A stretch of DNA of 32,545 nt, taken from assembly GCF_001194135.2 (NCBI RefSeq), contig NC_068992.1:66823976-66856520 (forward strand). Reading direction: 5' to 3'. Below the pieces are notes generated by a model that had not been told where the DNA came from, made no database searches, and saw nothing but the letters and a program-made list of their open reading frames with translations. A program made the translations under genes and the position numbers. Source of the DNA: Octopus bimaculoides (taxonomy: Eukaryota). Numbering within the stretch: position 1 is the stretch's first letter; each line of letters opens with the position of its first letter. This document shows, piece after piece, positions 1-10,946 of this stretch.

Positions 1-31
1 ATATGTATATATCTATGTATATATGCATATG

Positions 32-80
<49 letters not shown>

Positions 81-458
81 GTGCGGGTATTTGTGAGTGT
101 GTGTATGTAAGATTACCTGTCAGTGCGTAGTTATCATAAATACCAACTGCTCAGACTAAAAGCGGGCATACATACATACATACATACATACATACGTACA
201 TACATACGTACACAGACATGCACAAAAATATCGCAGTTCATGCACTGACACACATTGGAATATCTTTAAGGAAATATATGTAAGAGGTTATTGTTGCGAA
301 TCGTTTCCCTGCAAATAACCTTCAGACACGTCATGTGTACATGAAAGAAAGTTAAAAAGGGGAGGAACACGAAAGATGAAAAAACATAAATATACAAAAT
401 AATACATAGACACACAGACATATTCACACACACTCAAATATATACATGTATGTGTGTG

Positions 459-530
<72 letters not shown>

Positions 531-535
531 TACAC
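1..535. repeat. Compound microsatellites: (TA)n/(TG)n at 1-82, (CATA)n at ~166-212, (CA)n at ~460-535
   Basis: Directly visible simple repeats. Confidence 0.95.
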
Positions 536-658
536 ACATGTATATAGAAGAGAATTGCAGTCCCGATCGCAAGATCTGCCGGCTGCAAAATAGATATTGA
601 CAGATGCACTTCGACGTGTGTGGTGCCAAATTCTTTTTAAACAAGCAATTCAAAATCC

Positions 659-1207
659 NNNNNNNNNNNNNNNNNNNNNNNNNNNNNNNNNNNNNNNNNN
701 NNNNNNNNNNNNNNNNNNNNNNNNNNNNNNNNNNNNNNNNNNNNNNNNNNNNNNNNNNNNNNNNNNNNNNNNNNNNNNNNNNNNNNNNNNNNNNNNNNNN
801 NNNNNNNNNNNNNNNNNNNNNNNNNNNNNNNNNNNNNNNNNNNNNNNNNNNNNNNNNNNNNNNNNNNNNNNNNNNNNNNNNNNNNNNNNNNNNNNNNNNN
901 NNNNNNNNNNNNNNNNNNNNNNNNNNNNNNNNNNNNNNNNNNNNNNNNNNNNNNNNNNNNNNNNNNNNNNNNNNNNNNNNNNNNNNNNNNNNNNNNNNNN
1001 NNNNNNNNNNNNNNNNNNNNNNNNNNNNNNNNNNNNNNNNNNNNNNNNNNNNNNNNNNNNNNNNNNNNNNNNNNNNNNNNNNNNNNNNNNNNNNNNNNNN
1101 NNNNNNNNNNNNNNNNNNNNNNNNNNNNNNNNNNNNNNNNNNNNNNNNNNNNNNNNNNNNNNNNNNNNNNNNNNNNNNNNNNNNNNNNNNNNNNNNNNNN
1201 NNNNNNN
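659..1207. other. Assembly gap (N run); other gaps at 2730-3396, 8918-9242, 12586-13083, 21429-21535, 24195-24325, 27521-27670, 29337-29767, 30876-31280, 31674-31683
   Basis: Runs of N, most abutting microsatellites, as expected for short-read scaffolding. Confidence 0.99.
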
Positions 1208-1525
1208 TATATATATATATATATATATATCTTCGTGCCTTATTTGTATGTCTATAGATGCATATTTTCACTGTCAAACATATTCATGTGTCTTTTTTAA
1301 TAAAGCAAACAAAGCTTATTTATGGATGTTTCTATGATGTGAAGCAGATATGACGTAGTGGAGTAATGATATGGTTGGTCACGACTGGAATGTCTGTGAC
1401 TATTGATTTTCTGAGTCAAGGCTTGTGGTTAAGCTGCAGTAACATAAATAAAATTATGGTTGTGTGTAATTAAGCGTTCCGATATAGACAACACATGTAA
1501 CTGAGAAGAACCATCTTAAAATCTT

Positions 1526-1620
1526 GGTCGACTTTGCTTTCATCCTTTCGGGGTCGATAAATTAAGTAACAGTGATCGACTAATCTCCTCTTCCCAAATT
1601 TCAAGACCTTGTACCTTCAG
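1526..1620 (+). mobile_element. 5'-truncated, internally deleted tRNA-derived SINE (octopus OR-like family)
   Basis: GGTCGACTTTGC-TTTCATCCTTTCGGGGTCGATAAATTAAGTA...GATCGACT...CCCAAATTTCAAGACCTTGT matches the central and 3' part of the copy at 23157-23372 and my recollection of the abundant octopus SINE. Confidence 0.85.
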
Positions 1621-2019
1621 TACAAAAAACTATTTACAGAAGAAATGGCGACACCCTTGGTGGTTGGAGGAGCTCTGAGATGGAGTGGAGGAGAGGTGAG
1701 GGATGGATGCATTATACCGGGATACAGTAATGGCGCCCTTGGACCAGTTGGAGGGTGACCGAGTGGTTCTACCGTACGATTCCACTTCACCAAAATTTTA
1801 CTCCTAATGGTGGAAGTTAGAGGACCCCCACACAAAGTATAAAACAGCATCGAATCCGGACACGACTGACAGAAAAGGGAACTTCATAGCGGTTGACGCA
1901 TAAAAATCTGTCAGGAATATTTACATGTCATACGGATATATTTTAATCACAACATATTTGTTTCAAAGATGAGTTTAGCCTATTGAATGAATGTTATATT
2001 TGTTAGATTAATATTCATC

Positions 2020-2135
2020 ACCACTTTAACATGGCTGTCCATTCGAGCGGACTCTATTGCGATTTTTTAACCCCAAGAGGCCATCTCTTCTAGCTGGTTA
2101 AAGAGGCACAACCGCATCCCATAAAATTGCAAGCG
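2020..2135 (-). mobile_element. Possible 3' tail of an RTE-type retroposon
   Basis: Minus strand ends ...GGACAGCCATGTTAAAGTGGTGATGA, resembling the ...GTTAAACGATGATGATG tails I recall for cephalopod RTE-related elements. No coding evidence. Confidence 0.35.
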
Positions 2136-2164
2136 AATTATTAAAATAAAAAAGAATATATAGT

Positions 2165-2248
2165 ACAATACTGTTTCTACTTCGCGGATTTTCACCTATC
2201 GCGTGGGATTTTGGAACGTAACACCCGCTATAGTCGAGGAATTACTGT
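2165..2248. mobile_element. Solo terminus of a pogo/Tigger-like (Tc1-mariner superfamily) DNA transposon
   Basis: Reverse complement reads CAGTAATTCCTCGACTATAGCGGGTGTTACGTTCCAAAATCCCACGCGATAGGTGAAAATCCGCGAAGTAG, the typical CAGTA-C/TCCTCG..CGCG terminal/subterminal pattern of Tigger-like elements. No partner TIR is visible in the window. Confidence 0.65.
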
Positions 2249-2443
2249 CTAAAGTTAAAAGGATGGGCCATGGCAGTCTATTTTGTGCTGCACTTGTTTT
2301 CGTCGCAGCATTTATTGATTACATGTGAAATTACGTGTATTTGAAATGTGTCTCACATTTTCAGGACTCCGAAATGCACAGCTAACCAATCGATTGCATT
2401 TGATATTTTGCTATATCATCTATAGCTATCTGTGCAGAGAAAG

Positions 2444-2520
2444 AAAGTGAGAAGAGAAAGAGAAAGAGAGCGAAAGGGGGGGGCCGAGAGGGAGAGATAG
2501 AGGTAGGGAGAGAGAGAGAA

Positions 2521-2565
<45 letters not shown>

Positions 2566-2570
2566 AAAAA
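2444..2570. repeat. GA-rich low-complexity tract / (AG)n microsatellite
   Basis: Directly visible. Confidence 0.95.
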
Positions 2571-2589
2571 AAACTTTTTCCTTCGTATA

Positions 2590-2706
2590 CGTAGCTGTGA
2601 GCCTTATTTATTGGCCTCGTCGAGATGAAAGGCAAACGTGACCTTGCCGAGATTTGAACTGGGAAGCTGAAAAAACTGCCGGCGTTCAAACAACTCTCCC
2701 ATTTCG
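2590..2706 (-). mobile_element. Diverged OR-like SINE fragment
   Basis: Minus strand AGTTCAAATCTCGGCAAGGTCACGTTTGCCTTTCATCTCGACGAGGCCAATAAATAAG aligns by eye with the B-box and central domain of the 23157 copy. Confidence 0.7.
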
Positions 2707-3608
2707 TTGACTACTTTAAAAGAAGAAGCNNNNNNNNNNNNNNNNNNNNNNNNNNNNNNNNNNNNNNNNNNNNNNNNNNNNNNNNNNNNNNNNNNNNNNN
2801 NNNNNNNNNNNNNNNNNNNNNNNNNNNNNNNNNNNNNNNNNNNNNNNNNNNNNNNNNNNNNNNNNNNNNNNNNNNNNNNNNNNNNNNNNNNNNNNNNNNN
2901 NNNNNNNNNNNNNNNNNNNNNNNNNNNNNNNNNNNNNNNNNNNNNNNNNNNNNNNNNNNNNNNNNNNNNNNNNNNNNNNNNNNNNNNNNNNNNNNNNNNN
3001 NNNNNNNNNNNNNNNNNNNNNNNNNNNNNNNNNNNNNNNNNNNNNNNNNNNNNNNNNNNNNNNNNNNNNNNNNNNNNNNNNNNNNNNNNNNNNNNNNNNN
3101 NNNNNNNNNNNNNNNNNNNNNNNNNNNNNNNNNNNNNNNNNNNNNNNNNNNNNNNNNNNNNNNNNNNNNNNNNNNNNNNNNNNNNNNNNNNNNNNNNNNN
3201 NNNNNNNNNNNNNNNNNNNNNNNNNNNNNNNNNNNNNNNNNNNNNNNNNNNNNNNNNNNNNNNNNNNNNNNNNNNNNNNNNNNNNNNNNNNNNNNNNNNN
3301 NNNNNNNNNNNNNNNNNNNNNNNNNNNNNNNNNNNNNNNNNNNNNNNNNNNNNNNNNNNNNNNNNNNNNNNNNNNNNNNNNNNNNNNNNNNNNNNNAGAA
3401 GGTTTCTATGTATTGTGAGAATATGGTTGCGTGTATTTTATATCTTTCATATATTTTCCTACCTATTAGAATAACTTCCCTTTCATTCAATGTTTTTTTA
3501 TAGCGTCTATTATCATAATAGCCAATGAGTATGCACCGTAGCTCTTAGCTCCGGCATTTGAAACTCCGAGTCCTATTATGACAACTTACTGATTGTCCTA
3601 AACTATAT

Positions 3609-3609
<1 letters not shown>

Positions 3610-3669
<60 letters not shown>
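3610..3669. repeat. (CA)n microsatellite
   Basis: Directly visible. Confidence 0.97.
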
Positions 3670-3672
<3 letters not shown>

Positions 3673-4558
3673 GAGAGTATTATAATTTGCTTGAAGCATT
3701 GTAATGTGTAAATGATATGTATAAAACCTTTCAGAAATGTAGGTGATAAATTATGCAAAATACGTATGTAAAGTGAGGTCAATAAACAAAAATATATTAT
3801 ACATAGATTGTGCAATGCTTCCATAATATTTCGAGAAAGATTCCCCTTGTCAAATATAAGGAACAAAATAATCCAAGAGATCGAAGAAAAGTGTTGTTAT
3901 CGGTACATTATTACAAACACATTGCTTGCGACTTTTCTTTACGTTCACCGTGTGGAGCAAAACATATTTTTTTTTACTAAGTGTGATTTGTTTGTCGTTG
4001 GTAGTAATTCATATTAACCAAGATTAAGTGGCGTTTTAAGTCTGAATAACAACACATGTGTAACATTTTGTTTATGCAGTTTTTTTGTTATGTCTGATTA
4101 CATTCTTTTTTCTTCTTTAATTTAACAAGAAAAAAATCTTGAACAAAAAGAAAGAAAATCTATGGAAACTCATATATAAATACCAGAGAAAGGGTGACGA
4201 AGTCAACACATTTCGAAATAGAAATATTTTGTTAATTCGGTCTGGTATTATTTTTAGTGAAGTGTTTGTAAATTTTCTTCAAAATACTTGTTGAATTAAA
4301 TTCAATAGAAATTATTGAGAAAAAAAAATATTGATTTATTTCAGACACACAAGGCTTTATTTTTGTTGCAGAAACAAAGCCGAACCGTCTGTCAGCTTGC
4401 TCTTAATACTTACAGCACTCAAAAACATGTGACAGAGATGAATAACTTTAAATATCAATTGTGAATATTTCTAACCCTTGTATGAACAACACTATCGCCA
4501 GCGCCACTAACACCACCGTATTCGTAACAACGTATAGATTAGCTTGTTTACAGTAAAT

Positions 4559-4565
4559 CTCTCTC

Positions 4566-4600
<35 letters not shown>

Positions 4601-4684
4601 TACACACACATTCTCACACACACATACACACACACCACACTTACACACACATACAAAACACATATACACACACATTCATACACA
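4559..4684. repeat. Compound (CT)n(CA)n microsatellite
   Basis: Directly visible. Confidence 0.95.
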
Positions 4685-5854
4685 GATACTGCTGTTTTGT
4701 CTTCACAGACAAGATTTATTGTGTCGAGGTAAAATACTGTATGTTTATTTATAGTAACAAACGTCTCCATTCTTGAGTTGAAGATTTTCTTTCCTTGTCT
4801 AAATTTCCTTGCGGTTCTTCGTATGTCAGCCGGTCTGTCTTTAATGCCAGTCCCCTTATTAGACCTTTTACCCAATTCATTTTCTCCCAAACCGCACCTC
4901 CATCTCGCCATTAGATCTCTTTCAAATAAATTTTCTCCAATCATTTACTAAATATGACCAGTTAAAACCTGTTTTTATTGCATTCAACATTTTTAGTTAT
5001 CGATGATCTGAATTCTGGGAAATTCTTTAAAATTAATTGGAATTTGACAATGCTTCTTTAGTCAATGAAAACTAAAATTTTCGATTCGGTTTCTTTAGAC
5101 GCGCTACTGGATACTTGGGACATTAATTCAAACTTAGTATTATTCACGTTGCGATTCAAATGGAAACCACATGGAATTTTTTATGCTTCATCTCATCAGG
5201 AATATCGGAACTGATTACAAGGAGATGGAACGTATCTTAAGGCAATTGCTTCTTACTGCAGTCAGCTATAGTACCTTGCCTTACATAGAATAGTTAAATA
5301 AGTTTGACACTCAAAAGTGAAAGTATGCCGGTCATGGACCTAACAACGTGTCTTTATAACAGGATATAAGCCTGATCACATGGCTGGTTGTCCAGCAAAC
5401 AATCCAATCAATGATCCGCAATTTCCCCTCACCCTTTTTGTCATTTAATAAAAAGTAAGAAGGGAAAAAACAACAACGTAAAAATATTGGATATGGGTTA
5501 CATTTATCGACTCATCTCCATTTTTATGTTGGTTGTCTATGAATGAAGGAATCAAGTCTCGAGAGGAATATTATTACAAGTGTAACTATATTCCAAGTGA
5601 ACGAATGTATTGAGAATTAAGCCCAAATAGAGGAAGTAGTCTCATCACAACTGTGACTGTTTATCTCTGCTCAAGAAGTAAGTAGAAATATCTTTAAGAT
5701 AATAAGGGATAAATAGTTGTATTAAGAAGTAACGTCTGCCGCCTTTTAACGAGTTAGTTTTCTTCTTAATTGTATTAGTTTTATTTAAAATAAATTCCGG
5801 ATAGTTTAATTATTATTGCTCAAAGATAGGCAATGTTAAAGCAAACAGTGTTGT

Positions 5855-5990
5855 GGGGTTAAAATCTCATAGAGACTACCTTTGACATTTATCATATCAG
5901 GTCGCTATGATAAAATACCAGTAAAATACTGGGTATTTTTCGATTGACTGTAGCAATGTGTCAAATTCAAAAGTCCTCTGCCAAAATTCT
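5855..5990 (+). mobile_element. Highly diverged OR-like SINE fragment
   Basis: CTTTGACATTTATCATATCAGGTCG...ATACCAGTAAAATACTGGG...TCGATTGACT...CAAATTCAAAAGTCCTCTGCCAAAATT keeps the family's ordered motifs, including the CCAGT-N-ACTGG hairpin. Confidence 0.55.
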
Positions 5991-6349
5991 TTGTAGCTAC
6001 TACCCCACCTACACACAGTCAATAATCAAAGTAAATAATATCTTATTTGGCTGTGAAGTGTCAATGTTTTAAATAGAATCAATAATCAATAACATAAGAT
6101 CGATAACGTACTCGAGGAAACCGAACGAAATAATAAATATTTTATACATATATTGGATATATTTTTCTGATTTGGTGAACGTCATAGAAAAATACTTAAA
6201 CCACATTTGTCACTGATATTTTATAGGCGACATGTTTGACTTAAGCAGCGACAGATAAATAGTTCGTTTACCGAAACAGTAACAAGTGCTGAAGCGAAGT
6301 GAGCCATCACCATTTGATTTAGGAGTCTGATATATATATATATATATAT

Positions 6350-6512
6350 CGGATAAGCTTCTAACAAACGTGCATATCGTTTATATATATTACGGATTAG
6401 CTTATAACAAACGCATATATCGTTTATATATATTTCGGATTAGCTTATAACAAACGCATATATCGTTTATATATATTTCGGATTAGCTTCTAACAAATGC
6501 ACATATTGTTTT
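6350..6512. repeat. 43-bp minisatellite, ~3.8 copies
   Basis: Unit CGGATTAGCTTATAACAAACGCATATATCGTTTATATATATTT starts at 6350, 6393, 6436 and 6479 (exact 43-bp period). Confidence 0.95.
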
Positions 6513-6528
6513 AAAATACCACTTCCAT

Positions 6529-6654
6529 CATTCTCACTCACATCAGTCTTACTCACATTATTCTCATGTCTGTCTCATCCACGTCATTCTCACACACATC
6601 AGTTGCACTCACATCATTCTCAATCCCATGAGTTTCACTCACATTATTCTCACA
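6529..6654. repeat. Degenerate 30-bp tandem repeat built from 15-bp subunits
   Basis: (C/T)ATTCTCA recurs at 6529, 6559, 6585, 6615 and 6645 (periods 30, 26, 30, 30). Confidence 0.8.
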
Positions 6655-7304
6655 ACTTCAATTTGGACAGGTTTCCCGAACAATGCTTAAAAATATTTTT
6701 AATCCTGTTTTTAATATAACTTAAAAAAGAAATTAATTGAAACTAGTCTTGGATTCCTAAATTGTTTCACCACTGTGCTTTTCTAGCACAACCAGTTTCT
6801 AACACATCTTTTGCATTCTCACCCGTCGGCACCATAAATGGTAAACGACATAATATCTAAAAAGAGTCAATTCTGTAGAAGTGACCAATTTATTGTTGAT
6901 TCGTTTTCTAACTTTCTAAGAACATTTGTAGAGAAACTTTGTCCGGCCAATGTTCTCATGGAGTTGGATAATGGCTGTGAAGATTCCAACAAGAGCAGAG
7001 AACTGCCATTTTAAAAGGAATGACGACGGTTTTAAACATTTAAAAAATTTCCCGATACCTTGGTAAAGAAAGAAGAATTTTATTGAAACATCTTTTTTTC
7101 TAATTACTAGAGAAGGAGGGCAAAGGTAAAAATAATTAATATTGTTTGTGTGGTGGTGGTAGTGGTGATGGTAGCTGATATTAGTTGGCTTAAGAATCAT
7201 TACTTAGACCAGATCATCATGCTGTCTACAGACCATTCCCACTTATTCCCCTAATGCCACAGAAATTACAGATGTGGTCAATGGATTAAGGAAAATACGA
7301 GGTT

Positions 7305-7360
<56 letters not shown>
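7305..7360. repeat. (CTA)n microsatellite
   Basis: Directly visible; flanked on both sides by AGGTTTA. Confidence 0.97.
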
Positions 7361-8605
7361 GGTTTATTATTGTGTGTATTTTAATATGTATTTTTTTTAC
7401 GTTTAGGCCTTTCTTTGTTTTGCAAGATTCTTGATGTGAAATCATGTGTTGAAAAATGGAAGTCCGAACAAGAGGAGATGCTGAAGCGCTCACAGTATAT
7501 ACGACGAGAGAACCTTCACAGATAAACTAAAAAATAATAAAGCTAAAGTGAAAATCAAGTAAATAGTGCGTGTGTTTAAAGAGCAAAAGATGACCGTCCC
7601 AAAGTATAACAATATTAATAGTAACTGTTAGAAATTAATTCTCGATGTTTAGGGAAATGGTTTATCCGCCGGACTCCCGCGAGGCTTTAAAATTAAAACA
7701 TGCGATGAAAATAACAATAAAGAGAGTATCGTGTATCTTAAAAGTTAAGAGATTGGCTGCTGCGGCCGGAGAAATGTTGGAAACTTTTGCTTTAGTGAAT
7801 AATTTTATTTCATCCAAATGGATGTGAGATTTTAAATAATATTGGTTTTTATATTCAAAACCGATTGACCTATGGCTAAGAGATTTGTCTTCAAAAAGGA
7901 CCAAGTCTACCTAGATGTAAAGAGTACCCCAGGGTGCCACAGGGTACCACAATTTTAATATTTTACGTCTCAGGATTAGTGTTTAACGATGTATTTGATA
8001 CAATAACTAAGATTTAAAGAAGAGAATAAGACTAGCATCATTTGACCAATTAGCTGCCTAAACGAAATAGATTTGTTAGAGAAGGAATCGGAAAAATGTT
8101 CAGATTCTTTTTTCTCGAACTTTCCTTTTGCTCTTTATACAGACCTTTCAAGCAGAACAATCTTTAATGGATGACGTTGATTACATCATTCTTCTCATAT
8201 TCTGTTCGAATCAATTTAAAAGGGTCTCTGACTTGAAATCAATAGAACTACAAAATTCTTAATGTCTCTTTTACATGGGGAAAAAATGTTTGATAAATCT
8301 TTTCTTAATAATTTACAAATTATTTTCCGTTGCATACTTTATACTTGTATAACCAGCTGGAATATATCTCCTGTGAACAGTAATTTAGTATTTGGCGTAG
8401 TTAATATCTACGTACTTCAGTACGAAATAATTTCACTACTATAAAAATTAACCAATCAGACATGATATTATAGAGAAGCCTATATACATGACATTTCTAG
8501 TAAGATAAATATTTCTATTATAATGAGATATTCACTTATTGAATTAATCGTTAGAAAATTAATCATCAAATAGATTGCCAATGATTATTATTCAAAGATT
8601 TCCAG

Positions 8606-8695
8606 CTGCACATCTTCAATTCAGCCGAAGACAACATCAGCAAAACAGTAGATTGTTTCAAGAATATTACTTTCCATACAACAATCATTTCTGTG
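8606..8695 (+). CDS. Candidate isolated 90-nt phase 0-0 exon (LHIFNSAEDNISKTVDCFKNITFHTTIISV), product unknown
   Basis: TTTCCAG acceptor ending at 8605, GTG|GTAAGT donor at 8696, open frame. No homology recognised and no partner exon found. Confidence 0.2.
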
Positions 8696-9242
8696 GTAAG
8701 TGTGGGAAAATCGTGAAATATAATTCTTTCTTATCACCTTTTCTACCGAATGTCTGAAGCTGTTAGGAGGAGATTAATTGACAAAATTCATGTTGTTTGT
8801 CTTATTTGAGAGGAAAATAGATTATTTGCTGTTCAAAACTTACTTTTGAAACAGAAAGAATATCTACCTAGCTACATTTGTCTTTCTTTCCGTATATATA
8901 TATATATATATATATATNNNNNNNNNNNNNNNNNNNNNNNNNNNNNNNNNNNNNNNNNNNNNNNNNNNNNNNNNNNNNNNNNNNNNNNNNNNNNNNNNNN
9001 NNNNNNNNNNNNNNNNNNNNNNNNNNNNNNNNNNNNNNNNNNNNNNNNNNNNNNNNNNNNNNNNNNNNNNNNNNNNNNNNNNNNNNNNNNNNNNNNNNNN
9101 NNNNNNNNNNNNNNNNNNNNNNNNNNNNNNNNNNNNNNNNNNNNNNNNNNNNNNNNNNNNNNNNNNNNNNNNNNNNNNNNNNNNNNNNNNNNNNNNNNNN
9201 NNNNNNNNNNNNNNNNNNNNNNNNNNNNNNNNNNNNNNNNNN

Positions 9243-9275
<33 letters not shown>

Positions 9276-9617
9276 GTATGTATGTACATAGACAAAATTA
9301 GCAATATTGCAAAAGGAAATTAATAACATTTGTACGAGGAGGTAAGCGGCCTCAGAAGTCACAAATTTGACATAAAGATTAAAAATATAAAGATGTCGAG
9401 ACAAATCTAATTAAATATAAAAAGAAACAAAAAGAAAGCAATGACTGTTGATAGAAGATATCGGAAATAAACAGAGCCAATGATTATATTAAATATCTGA
9501 AGGAAAATGGTGAATGTTACAGAGATTGATTTCTGGCAGGAGAAATGTTTTGTCAATGTTTTCTCTTTTTCTGTATTAATTTCAAAAAGGATTTAATTTA
9601 ATCTACGTGACAAATGA

Positions 9618-9680
9618 GAGGACGCATGGCCAAGTGTGTAGGGGGTGGTCAACTAACCGAATGAAAAACGGTTCGCTACG
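9618..9680 (+). mobile_element. Possible decayed tRNA-like SINE head
   Basis: GGACGCATGGCCAAGTGTGTAG (A-box-like) followed about 40 nt later by GGTTCG (partial B box). Confidence 0.35.
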
Positions 9681-9837
9681 AAGTTATACCCATGCGTGTG
9701 ACGTTTAACTATCACATACACAAGCGACCCTAACTGTAAATGAGAAACAGCAAGACGGAAACAACTGACCCCACCAAGCAGCAGCTGGGTGAATGATGTA
9801 TTGAAGTGTAATATCGAGGTGATGAATTGAAGTGTAA

Positions 9838-10053
9838 TATCGATGGTGAAAAGTTCCTGGCTTTATGGGTGTCGCAAAAGGCCTGGCTGGTGGCTCAAAC
9901 TCCGAGTTCTTTTACAGGGCTTAGAAAAACTGAAGGGCCGCTGCAATGAGTGTGGAAATCTCAGAGGGGAACATATTGAATAGAAACGTAATTAACTGAT
10001 TCTCCTGTATTTTCTTTTACCTAAAGTCAGGAATTTATCAGCAAGCACTCGCA
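9838..10053 (+). mobile_element. Mariner-derived MITE / internally deleted mariner element
   Basis: Imperfect TIRs 9845-9864 vs 10023-10042 (16/20 identical as reverse complements). Internal 9915-9983 encodes QGLEKLKGRCNECGNLRGEHIE*, matching the mariner transposase C-terminal motif G-x-x-KL-x-x-R-W/C-x-x-C-x-x-x-x-G-D/E-Y-x-E. Confidence 0.85.
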
Positions 10054-10065
10054 TGCACGTACATG

Positions 10066-10071
10066 GATATG

Positions 10072-10126
<55 letters not shown>

Positions 10127-10218
10127 GTATATAGAGACATGAGTAAAAAATATCTGTCATTCACAAAAACCTGAAGATGTGTGCCAAACTATGATTCAGA
10201 GGCGAAGAAGAGGATTCA

Positions 10219-10315
<97 letters not shown>
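10066..10315. repeat. (GTATAT)n hexamer repeat at ~10066-10131 and (GA)n at ~10221-10315
   Basis: Directly visible. Confidence 0.95.
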
Positions 10316-10317
<2 letters not shown>

Positions 10318-10885
10318 AATGTCTTAGTCTAAGTAAGATAGCAATTCCATTAAATGTGACACCATGACCACTATAACGGTAGTGGGAGTGGGGCTAAAAG
10401 CAGGCGAAATTCGCTGCTCATTTTCATACCATACCTTGTCCTTTAGCGGTTTTTGGTATATTAAGAGCACTCAGACAATTTATGTTACGGAAGATATGAA
10501 TAGGGCCCTAGTCTCTACATAGCCTTTAGGTCTTTCGCAAATACTTTGCAAGTTGGCAGCTGCAAGAATATATTAGCAAAGACACCATTCTAAGAAGCCT
10601 ACCCGTGGCCTGGCTATTGAAAACCACTTGGTCTACATACGGGTTTCTGAGCAGCAACAACCCATAAGTTATAGTTTCACTCCACTCCACCCTTGACTAA
10701 GTAAAAATATTTCAGATCAAACTGCGTTTTAGAAGCAAATTAATTTATTTCTTCCTGTGATAAACATCACAAATCTTTGAAATAAATAAGAATATTGCAA
10801 TATTTTACAGTCTTTTCCTTTTTTATAGTTTATGTCATTCTACGTAAGACAGAAAAACTTGTTTACTTCCGTTCTTCATTAAAAC

Positions 10886-10946
10886 AGCGGCAGCCGCAGC
10901 GGCTGCAGCAGTCGTCACCGCCACCGCTGCAGCAGCAGCAGCAGCA
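10886..10946. repeat. GC-rich GCN/CAG trinucleotide tract
   Basis: CAGCGGCAGCCGCAGCGGCTGCAGCAG...GCAGCAGCAGCAGCAGCA. Confidence 0.85.

Noticed and set aside
4193-4220. GTGACGA...CGAAA as a third hammerhead-like motif
   Set aside because: First core base is wrong and helices I and II cannot form.
4507-4944. 145-aa minus-strand ORF
   Set aside because: Half is microsatellite translation; the unique half has no recognisable motif or splice sites.
6350-6654. Regularly spaced repeats as a possible CRISPR array
   Set aside because: Head-to-tail tandem units without unique spacers, no cas genes, eukaryotic context.
7427-7528. Protein-like open frame ILDVKSCVEKWKSEQEEMLKRSQYIRRENLHR* after a pyrimidine tract
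   Set aside because: AAG acceptor is weak, no family is recognised and no upstream partner exon is seen; a 33-codon frame is expected by chance.
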